From Bacillota bacterium (GTDB lineage: Bacteria > Bacillota > Limnochordia > DTU080), in NCBI GenBank assembly GCA_012840225.1, contig DULU01000052.1:20483-84482 (forward strand): a DNA stretch of 64,000 bases, read 5' to 3'. Of the stretch, positions 30,887-38,748 are shown one piece after another. Made by a program: the position numbers and the translations under genes. Below the pieces are notes generated by a model. The model was not told the DNA's origin. It searched no databases and worked only from the letters and a program-made list of their open reading frames with translations. Each line of letters begins with the position of its first letter. Positions within the stretch are counted from its first letter, which is position 1.

Positions 30887-32269
30887 ATGAAAGAAGAGCA
30901 GCTGATGATCTTACGGATGGTGGAGGAGGGCAAGATATCGGCTGAGGAGGCGGCCGCACTTCTTGATGCTCTGTTTCGGGAAGAAGACCAGCCGGGGGCG
31001 AAAGCGGTAGAGGCCACTGAAGCGGTGAAAGCGGCAGGAGCGACGAAGGTGGCGGAGCCCAAGGAAACCGTGGAGCCGGAGGAGCCCGGGGAACCCGGGG
31101 AGCCTGGAGAACCGGAGGAGCCTGTGGAGCCCGGGGAAGACGAAGCTGGCCGCATGTATGAAGAGATAGGCGAGCGGGCCGCTCAAATCGGCGTCACCTT
31201 CGGCGAACAGTTGGGGGCGCATATGGGCCGCCTGGGAGAACGCCTGAGCCGGGAGCTTTCCGCCCAGTTGGCTCACCTGGATAAGGCTTTGCGTCCTCTG
31301 GAAAAGTGGAAAGATATAACCTTCAGAATAGAAAAAATCAAAGATGTCGATCTGGGGAGCGGCGGGCTGCTGCGGCAGGAAGTGGTGGATGAATACACCG
31401 GCGAGTTTGCTCCCGGCGCGGAGTTGGTGAGAATCAACCTGCGCACCCGCAATGGACAATTGACGGCCAGATCGTGGGAGGAGCGCGGTTATAAAGTAAT
31501 CATCCGCAAAAAAGTGGTGGTGGAATCGGCGGGCGAGACGCCGGAGGAGTTGGCGGAGAAGGCCAAAAAGGCCGTCACTTATAGTTTCGGCGACAACTAC
31601 CTGGAGGTGCGGGCCAACGAAAGCAGAGTGGTGCCGATGGTGGCCGTTGAGGTCCTGGTGCCGGATAAACATAAATACCTCCTGGAGATGCACACCATCA
31701 ATGGAGGAATCATCTGCCGGGGATTGCGGCTCAGTCAGGCTTATATCAGCACCACCAACGGCGGCGTCAATACCGAGGAGCTGTCCGGTGCCGAGATGAG
31801 GGCGGAGTCCGTCAACGGCAGCGTCCAACTGGTCGATGCCGCTTTCAACACGGTGCGCATCACCACCACCAACGGTTCCATCCGCTGGAGCGGCAGCACC
31901 GGAAAGGCGACCTTGGCGACGACGAACGGCTCCATAACTGTGAATCTGACATCTCCACCTGTGAGCGGCGTCGGCAGTCGGCCCGGCGACGACCTGGATG
32001 CCGAAGCCAAGTATAACCTCACCACCACCAACGGCAGCATCAAAGTGGAAATCGATGCAGGTATGGAAAGCCTGCCGGTGCAGTTCGATGCCGCCACTTC
32101 CCATGGCAGCATTCGCCCCATCGGCGCCTGGCAGATCACCCATGAACATAAATCCATTGGTTCCAGAACGATGAGCGGTAGAGCCGGCACCGGTAAAGGT
32201 AATGGAGAAAAACCTTTGCTGTTGACGGCCCGGACCACCAACGGCTCAATCAAATTGATACGCCCCTGA
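30887..32269 (+). CDS. DUF4097/YvlB-like beta-helical 'putative adhesin' protein
   Basis: N-terminal EQLMILRMVEEGKISAEEAAALLDAL motif, acidic PEEPGEPGEPGEPEEPVEP linker, then repeated TTNGSI(R/T/K) beta-strand units characteristic of DUF4097. Confidence 0.6.
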   Translation: MKEEQLMILRMVEEGKISAEEAAALLDALFREEDQPGAKAVEATEAVKAAGATKVAEPKETVEPEEPGEPGEPGEPEEPVEPGEDEAGRMYEEIGERAAQIGVTFGEQLGAHMGRLGERLSRELSAQLAHLDKALRPLEKWKDITFRIEKIKDVDLGSGGLLRQEVVDEYTGEFAPGAELVRINLRTRNGQLTARSWEERGYKVIIRKKVVVESAGETPEELAEKAKKAVTYSFGDNYLEVRANESRVVPMVAVEVLVPDKHKYLLEMHTINGGIICRGLRLSQAYISTTNGGVNTEELSGAEMRAESVNGSVQLVDAAFNTVRITTTNGSIRWSGSTGKATLATTNGSITVNLTSPPVSGVGSRPGDDLDAEAKYNLTTTNGSIKVEIDAGMESLPVQFDAATSHGSIRPIGAWQITHEHKSIGSRTMSGRAGTGKGNGEKPLLLTARTTNGSIKLIRP

Positions 32270-32343
32270 TCTATAGACCTTATGAGAATGCCCTGTGAGG
32301 TAGCGGAAGAGCTACGCCAGAAAAATATGGGGAGGAATTTTAA

Positions 32344-32697
32344 ATGAAGGACGAAAAGCTCCAGATCCTGCGCATGCTGGAGGAAGGCAAAATCAATGCC
32401 GATGAGGCCTTCCAGCTCTTGTCCACCCTGGAGGAGAAAAAAGTGGTTCCGGCGCCGGCGAAAACGACGAAATTCCTGCGCATCGTGGTGAATGAAGGAG
32501 AAAGCGGGACCAAGGTGAATGTCAACATTCCCATATCTTTAATTAAAATAGCGCAACGGTTTATCCCCAAGAAGGTTTTGGAAGAACATCCGGAAATAAA
32601 CCTGGATGAGATCCTGATGGAGATCGAGAAAGGTGCCGAGGGCAAGCTGGTGGAAGTGAGAGATGGCCAAACCGAAGTGGATATTATCGTGGAATGA
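32344..32697 (+). CDS. Small protein sharing the YvlB-type N-terminal motif
   Basis: MKDEKLQILRMLEEGKINADEAFQLLSTL is near-identical to the N-terminus of the preceding gene. RBS GGGGAGGAA lies upstream. Confidence 0.5.
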   Translation: MKDEKLQILRMLEEGKINADEAFQLLSTLEEKKVVPAPAKTTKFLRIVVNEGESGTKVNVNIPISLIKIAQRFIPKKVLEEHPEINLDEILMEIEKGAEGKLVEVRDGQTEVDIIVE

Positions 32698-32849
32698 CGG
32701 GATAAGCGTGCGACCTGACGAGGGTGGAGAGCGGGCGGTATGATGGGATGGCCGGGATGGCCGCCGGTAGTCTTACTGGTCTTCCTTTTCGCTCTCCCTG
32801 CCTGCCGGAATTTATCATTAGGCATTATTTCGCCGGAGAGGTGCTTAGC

Positions 32850-33272
32850 ATGCCGCAGCCAATAATCAGACGCCGCTGGTGGCGGCCTGCCAATAGCAAA
32901 TTTTTCCTTGTTTACATAAAAGTGGAAGACATCCGCTTTCCCATCATCATCCCGTTCCCCCTGATCATCCTGGAAGAGCTCCTGACCGGACTGATGATCG
33001 TGACCTGGTTGGGAAAAGGCTTTTTGCGGCCGGGAGCGGTAAATTTTTTGGCCGGAGCCAAAGGTTGGGGTGGGCGCCATAAGGCTGCCGGCCGGGGGAA
33101 TAGGCCATACGGCTGGAGTGGGCTGAACGGGGTGAACATGCTGAATTATGTCGATCTTTGGCAGTGGCCGGCCGCCGCCCGCCAGGCTATAAGAACCTTG
33201 CGCCGCCAAGGTTCATATGATCTGGTGCATGTAAAGTCGGACGAAGCTGTGGTGCGCATCAGTTTAATCTAA
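32850..33272 (+). CDS. Hypothetical protein with one hydrophobic segment
   Basis: ORF with a good RBS (GGAGAGGTG 7 nt upstream). It fills an otherwise empty ~600-bp gap. No recognisable motif. Confidence 0.3.
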   Translation: MPQPIIRRRWWRPANSKFFLVYIKVEDIRFPIIIPFPLIILEELLTGLMIVTWLGKGFLRPGAVNFLAGAKGWGGRHKAAGRGNRPYGWSGLNGVNMLNYVDLWQWPAAARQAIRTLRRQGSYDLVHVKSDEAVVRISLI

Positions 33273-33295
33273 GGGAAAGGAAGAGGACGGAAGCG

Positions 33296-33637
33296 ATGTC
33301 GGGTATATTGACCAGATGGCTGATCAATACGGTGGCTTTGCTGATTGTGGCCTTTTTGATCGACGGCATCAAAGTGAGCGGTTTTGGAGCCGCCTTGATC
33401 GCCGCGGCGGTGCTGGGAGTGGTGAACGCCTTTATCCGGCCTGTGATCATGCTTTTTACCCTGCCGTTTAACGTTTTGACACTCGGTCTTTTGACCTTTG
33501 TGATCAACGGTTTTATGCTGCAGTTGACCTCGGCGGTGGTGAGCGGATTTGAAGTGAAAGGCTTGTGGGCTGCCATAATCGGCAGCCTGATCCTGAGCCT
33601 GGTCAGTTCTTTGCTCAGCTGGGTGATAGCCGTCTGA
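33296..33637 (+). CDS. YvlD-like / phage-holin-4 family membrane protein (DUF360)
   Basis: 113-aa protein with 3-4 TM helices (WLINTVALLIVAFLIDGIKVSGF...) as in B. subtilis YvlD. Confidence 0.65.
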   Translation: MSGILTRWLINTVALLIVAFLIDGIKVSGFGAALIAAAVLGVVNAFIRPVIMLFTLPFNVLTLGLLTFVINGFMLQLTSAVVSGFEVKGLWAAIIGSLILSLVSSLLSWVIAV

Positions 33638-33662
33638 TGGTAAGTCAATCGGGGAGAGACAA

Positions 33663-34463
33663 ATGATGCCTATACGACTGATAGCTATAGATATGGACGG
33701 TACCCTGCTCACCGATGACCTGCAGATTCCTTCTTCGGCCAAGGCGGCCATCGCCGCCGCCCGGGCCAGAGGGGTGCGGGTGGTGCCGGCGACGGGGCGC
33801 ATGTTCGTCTCCGCCTTGCCATATGCCAGGCAGATAGGGGCCGAAGGCCCGATCATCGCCTATAACGGCGCCAAGGTAGTCGATCTGGACGGTAGGGTGC
33901 GCAAACACCACCCGGTACCTCCGGAGGAAGCTTTGGCTTTGGTGGATCTGGCCGAGAAACATGATTTGTGCCTGCATCTTTATTTCGAGGACCAGACATA
34001 TGTACGCCGCTTCGATGAGGGAGCGCAGTATTATGCGTCCTTGGCCGGGGTGGAGCCGGTGGTCATGCCCGACCTGCGCCCGGTAGCCCGCCGGGGCACC
34101 ACGAAAGCCCTCATCGTGGACGATCCGGCGGCGGTGGAGCGGTGGTGCGGCGAATTATCCCGCCGGTTCGCCGGGCGGCTTTTGGTGACGCGCTCCCTTC
34201 CCCGCTTTGTGGAGTTCATGGCCGCAGGAGTCTGTAAAGGCGTCGCTTTGGCCGAACTGGCGGCCGAACTCGGCCTGGCTCCGGAAGAAGTGATGGCCAT
34301 CGGCGACAGTTATAACGATATAGACATGCTCACCTATGCCGGTGTCGGGGTAGCCCTCGGCAACGCCCAGCCGGCGGTGAAAGAGATGGCCGACTGGGTG
34401 AGCAGTGCCAATACCGATCACGGGGTAGCCAGAGCCATAGAAAAGTTTGTGTTGGCTTCATAG
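33663..34463 (+). CDS. Cof-type HAD-IIB family hydrolase
   Basis: IAIDMDGTLL (HAD motif I), ...ATGR..., ...GDSYNDIDML (motif IV). Confidence 0.75.
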   Translation: MMPIRLIAIDMDGTLLTDDLQIPSSAKAAIAAARARGVRVVPATGRMFVSALPYARQIGAEGPIIAYNGAKVVDLDGRVRKHHPVPPEEALALVDLAEKHDLCLHLYFEDQTYVRRFDEGAQYYASLAGVEPVVMPDLRPVARRGTTKALIVDDPAAVERWCGELSRRFAGRLLVTRSLPRFVEFMAAGVCKGVALAELAAELGLAPEEVMAIGDSYNDIDMLTYAGVGVALGNAQPAVKEMADWVSSANTDHGVARAIEKFVLAS

Positions 34464-34982
34464 ATGTGTTTAGGGCGCGGGAGTTTTATTATTTTGTTAC
34501 CGGATACCGTATACGGTATGCGCATATGGAACCATAAAAACTGGAGAAAAAGAGAGATAATGGAAGATATACAGTGTTTGGTAGAACTGGAATATAATAA
34601 ACCGCTTGATATAGCAGGACAGAGCCAAATATGCAAAGAAATAGGCAACCGGGACGACAGCAATGTCACATCCCTGTGGCATATGGCCTTGCTCTTCAGC
34701 AGTCGGGCCCGCGGCCGGGAAAGGAGGTGTTATCCCCCATCTGCCGGACGGAGGCCCTGAAGAGAAGAAGGTCGCCGGACGGAGCAAGCGACTAAGCCGG
34801 GGCGCATCAGGAAAAGGAATGAAAGGCGAGGAAACATGGACACTCCCTTTTATCGGCTGGTGCACCCCCACCTGGCAACAGATGCAGATGAAGCAAAAAA
34901 TGCCGCAGCCCCAAGGCGCAGCTGCGCCTGACGGGGCAAAGACACAGGAAAATGAACACCATCAAGGGGGATAACAAGCCAC

Positions 34983-36254
34983 ATGAAAAAATTGGTATCG
35001 CTTTTGACCGCAGTTTTGGCTCTGGCTCTGATCGGCACCATGCCTGCCGTCGCCGCCGGAGTCCTGAAGACGGACGGCAAACTTGCCGGGGAATACAAAA
35101 TACAGAACGGTAACCTGCCGGCTGCAGCCAACTTGACCACCGAGGTCAATCTGGCGGTGGAGGCTGAGGAGGAAGGCTGGCGGGCCGAGGCGGAGTTGGG
35201 TAACCTCATCGGCGGCGCGACCGCTTTGGGTGAGTATCAGATCGAGTTCCGCGATCCCAGGCTCAACCTCAGCTTCTGGGGTCTGGGCCGGGAATACCAG
35301 GAAGAGGATCTCACCGATCCATTTGAGTTCATAACCTCCGCACACAAATATATGGGCAATTTGAAGGCCCGGGCTATTGCCGGTCCGCTCACGGTGGATT
35401 TTGAGGACGACGGCGAGTTCTTCGTGTTCGGCGAGAAAGAGATCGCCGGGCAGACCCTCGGTATCGCCGCCCACCACAAATTGCCCTTGAGCAACGGCTT
35501 CACCGCTTTAGGCTACGACCGCATCAACCTGGCCGGTGTAGAGCTGACTGCCGGTGTGGGTGTCAACACCAAAGCCACCGCTCCCTCAGATCTGGCCTAT
35601 GCGGTGAAAGCCGAGGTGCCGGTACCTGTGGTGCCGGAACTGAAAGCTATCGCCCAGTTTAAGATCCAGCCGGCCGGCTTCAACGGCGCCGATGAAAAGG
35701 AAATCAAGCTGGAAGGCGTGCATGAGACGGACTTGCTGAAAGTGAACGGTTCATTCGCCAACGCCATGTCCAATACCACCGGAGCATTCAAACAGAATGT
35801 AGTGGAAGCCACAGCAGAGTGGCGTGGGGCCAAAGGCGAGCTGGACTGGGACGAGCAGTTTGAGAGCGATGAATACTTCAAGAACACGGCTCCTGCCGTC
35901 CGGGCGCAGCTCAACCGCACCACCACTCCGGGCGACGTGGTCGCTACCAAAATAGCCGTGACCGGCACCTCGCCCATCATTCCCGGACAGGTCTGGGTGC
36001 TCGGCAGCCTGGTTAATGAACCGGAAGCCAAGCGCACGGAGATCAAGGGCGACGGTTATATCAAGATGAGTGAAAAGATCATCCTGGAACCGGGTGTACG
36101 CTATGAGAAGGCTCCGGTCGAAACCATGGAGCTGATCGGCAAGGCCACCTATCAGATGAATGAAAACGGTAAAGTATGGGCCAAATATGCCCAGAAAAAC
36201 ACCGGAGGCACGAGGAACGACGAGATCAGCGCCGGATACGAAGTGCTGTTTTAA
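34983..36254 (+). CDS. Predicted outer-membrane beta-barrel protein (paralog A; signal peptide, C-terminal Y-x-V-L-F)
   Basis: Sec signal peptide MKKLVSLLTAVLALALIGTMPAVAAG. Beta-rich alternating composition. C-terminus ISAGYEVLF with terminal Phe and hydrophobics at -3/-5/-7. RBS AAGGGGGATAA is shared with the paralogs. Confidence 0.6.
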   Translation: MKKLVSLLTAVLALALIGTMPAVAAGVLKTDGKLAGEYKIQNGNLPAAANLTTEVNLAVEAEEEGWRAEAELGNLIGGATALGEYQIEFRDPRLNLSFWGLGREYQEEDLTDPFEFITSAHKYMGNLKARAIAGPLTVDFEDDGEFFVFGEKEIAGQTLGIAAHHKLPLSNGFTALGYDRINLAGVELTAGVGVNTKATAPSDLAYAVKAEVPVPVVPELKAIAQFKIQPAGFNGADEKEIKLEGVHETDLLKVNGSFANAMSNTTGAFKQNVVEATAEWRGAKGELDWDEQFESDEYFKNTAPAVRAQLNRTTTPGDVVATKIAVTGTSPIIPGQVWVLGSLVNEPEAKRTEIKGDGYIKMSEKIILEPGVRYEKAPVETMELIGKATYQMNENGKVWAKYAQKNTGGTRNDEISAGYEVLF

Positions 36255-36332
36255 TCGGACAGCGGTTTTCAGCCGGCGTTTGCTCCGGACCCAATAATAA
36301 AATAAATATAGAAAATAACAGAAATAGTGGTG

Positions 36333-36374
36333 AGAGCACCTGCACCGGTCGGCGCAGGTGCTCTTTCTTCTTTT
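36333..36374 (+). terminator. Rho-independent terminator
   Basis: AGAGCACCTGC-accggtcggc-GCAGGTGCTCT followed by TTCTTCTTTT. Confidence 0.65.
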
Positions 36375-36893
36375 CAGCTTTCAGCTTCCCTCAGCCGTCA
36401 GTTTCCCTCCGCTTATCTTTAATCTATGTTTTTATTGGTTTTATAGTTAAAAATTGCAATTGGCCGGAAGGAATTGGCGTTATCATGATGAAATATCGTA
36501 TAACTTCTGCAGCCGGATATGGGTACGAGGGGAATAAAAATAAAGTATGTAAGGTAATCCTTACATCCCTTGACGGGAAGCGATAAATTTACCAAAAAAG
36601 GCAGCGAACCAGCAGGAAAACGAGGATATTAGTAAAAACATACAAGGTGCATAGAGGGCGAAGGCTATAAGTCCGGATTAACTGGCGGTAGGGAAAGGAG
36701 GTGCACCCCGAGGTTTACCGCGAGTGCAGTGAATCACCGGACATAGCGGGGGGCTGGATGCCGGTAACGAAAGCGTCTGCTGTTCACTAATGGTAACAAG
36801 GTCACTTTAGTGAAGATATGGCGCTGTGTCCGGCCGGCAGTAAACATACGCATGCTCCTCTTAATAAATGAAAAAACTAAGGGGGTTCTATAA

Positions 36894-38240
36894 ATGAAGA
36901 AGCTAGTATTAGCTCTATGTCTAGTGCTGACATTGAGTGTGGCGGCATATGCCGACACCACAGTTGAGGTGGGTATTACCGGACAGGTCAAGTGGGATGC
37001 CAACGTAGCTCAGAAAGACGATCCCGGCTATGGGAGCCAACCGGTCCTCAAGGTAACAAGCAAGGGAACCGGCTGGACGGCCTCTTTTGATACCTTCTAC
37101 AACCGCTTCAAGCTCCAGGGCAGCGAAGGCCCGTTGAGCGTAGCGGTATGGGGAGGCTTTGGTCCCAGCGGTTTGGGCGTGGCGAGCTATGAGCGTGTAT
37201 CGCCCGTAGTCCGTCCGGACAGCACGTTCAACTGGATCCAGGGCGCTCAGGATTCCAATGCGAGCAACTGGAGATTCCGCACCGTATATAACCATAGCCT
37301 GGCCAAGTTGACCCTGGACTACGATAATCAAAGCGACCAAGCCATCCTGGCGGCTGAGAAGACCATCTCCGGCTTCGCTTCCGGTATTGGTGTCCAGCGT
37401 TCTACCAACCCGACCAAGGACGAGTCCGTCTTCGCCGCTTGGACCAGCGGCAAGATCGCCGGTGCGACGGTGGTCGGCGTAGGTGCCATCCAGGCGGTCA
37501 ACGGCGACACCAAGGATCGTACCAGCGTCGGTGTCAAAGCCACCTATACCATTCAGCCGATCAACGTCACGGCCATGGGTTACTTCATGGTGCGCGGCAA
37601 GAGCTTCGGCAATGTCACCACCGGTTATATCGAAGGTTCCAAGAACATCATCAACAACCTTGGCAACCTCTATGGTTACTTCAAGTATGATAAAAATGCT
37701 ACCACTGATGTCGTCACCACCAACATCTATGGTCGTCTGCGCCTGCGCGGCGATACCGGATCCGCGTTCAACTGGAACCTGGTAGACGGTTACACCAGGG
37801 ATCGCAGCTGGCTCAAGGTGAAGACCTACTCCAGCCAGTTCTACGTCCAGAGAACCCAGGCGGGTGATAAAGTCAGCCTGTTCAGGTTCTATGGCTTAGG
37901 CGTGGTTAAGTTGGATGTGGCCAAAGGTCTGTGGGTCCGTCCCGAGATCTACATCGAGCCCATCGCCAATGCTAACAAGGACAAGAGAACACTCGTCAAT
38001 GGCAATGCTTATCTGCAGCTGACCGACCGGGTCTTTGCCGAGGCGACCGGACAGTATCAGAATAGGAGCCAGGATGACAATCCTTCCAATAACTTCAGCG
38101 TTTCCATCGGCTTCTCCGCCGATCCGGTAACCGTGCATCTGGAGCCCACCAAGCGGGTAACGTTGAAGGTCGAGTCTTCGACCAGCACCGCCAATGTGAC
38201 CACCAATTCGGCTACGCTGAACTACCTCCTGGTCTTCTAA
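36894..38240 (+). CDS. Predicted outer-membrane beta-barrel protein (paralog B)
   Basis: Signal peptide MKKLVLALCLVLTLSVAAYA. ~55% identical to paralog C over its length (shared blocks QRSTNPTKDESV..WTSGKI, GRLRLRGD.GS...W.LVD.YTR, GLWVRPE.YIEP, LVNGNAYL.LTDRV). C-terminus ATLNYLLVF. Confidence 0.65.
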   Translation: MKKLVLALCLVLTLSVAAYADTTVEVGITGQVKWDANVAQKDDPGYGSQPVLKVTSKGTGWTASFDTFYNRFKLQGSEGPLSVAVWGGFGPSGLGVASYERVSPVVRPDSTFNWIQGAQDSNASNWRFRTVYNHSLAKLTLDYDNQSDQAILAAEKTISGFASGIGVQRSTNPTKDESVFAAWTSGKIAGATVVGVGAIQAVNGDTKDRTSVGVKATYTIQPINVTAMGYFMVRGKSFGNVTTGYIEGSKNIINNLGNLYGYFKYDKNATTDVVTTNIYGRLRLRGDTGSAFNWNLVDGYTRDRSWLKVKTYSSQFYVQRTQAGDKVSLFRFYGLGVVKLDVAKGLWVRPEIYIEPIANANKDKRTLVNGNAYLQLTDRVFAEATGQYQNRSQDDNPSNNFSVSIGFSADPVTVHLEPTKRVTLKVESSTSTANVTTNSATLNYLLVF

Positions 38241-38279
38241 TCGTCAAGATTTAGAAACAGAGGATAGAAACTTCAAAAT

Positions 38280-38390
38280 AGAACCGCTGTAGCCTGTGCT
38301 GCAGCGGTTCTATTTGTTTAGCGCTCTTCGACCATAACTACTTATCCTTGTAGCAGCACCGGTGCTCATAGCCGGTGCTTTTCTTTTTTT
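38280..38390 (+). terminator. Two tandem intrinsic terminator hairpins
   Basis: GAACCGCTG...CAGCGGTTC + TATTTGTTT (38281-38320), and GCACCGG-tgctcatag-CCGGTGC + TTTTCTTTTTTT (38355-38390). Confidence 0.6.
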
Positions 38391-38748
38391 AGCCCTTGGC
38401 AGCAGTTGGGATAGTTAATAGTAATATCCAGGCACAGCATGCGCAGAAAAGAAGGAAAACAGGGAAATGCAAAGAAACAATGATATACAAGAATGCATTA
38501 CAGGCGGAAAGCTTGGCTGTACTGGCGGTGGAGAAAGGAGGTGTTCCCCACAAGTTGGCCGCAAGGGCAGTGATCGCCAAGCTGAAGCGGGGAGCACGGT
38601 ATTAAGGAAAATGAAGGTTGGGGCAGCAGTCGGTGTGGTCTGGAAGGAAACTTGGACACTTTCAGCGGCAGCCGGTGCCGCCACAGCCGACCATAAGACA
38701 TTTACCTGCTCCTCCTATAGATGAAGCAACAACTTAGGGGGTTTATTG

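Noticed and set aside
32340-33209. 289-aa minus-strand ORF overlapping the small YvlB-motif gene and the 32850 ORF
   Set aside because: It is antisense to a gene with strong RBS and conserved motif, has a Ser/Pro-rich low-complexity product, and has no RBS.
36596-36760. Cobalamin or ydaO riboswitch in the OMP-B leader
   Set aside because: Only fragmentary similarity was seen (UAGGGAA, CCCGAGG, GUGAAUC tracts). Hallmark B12-box and full ydaO pseudo-symmetric cores are not present. It was kept only as a generic conserved-leader observation.
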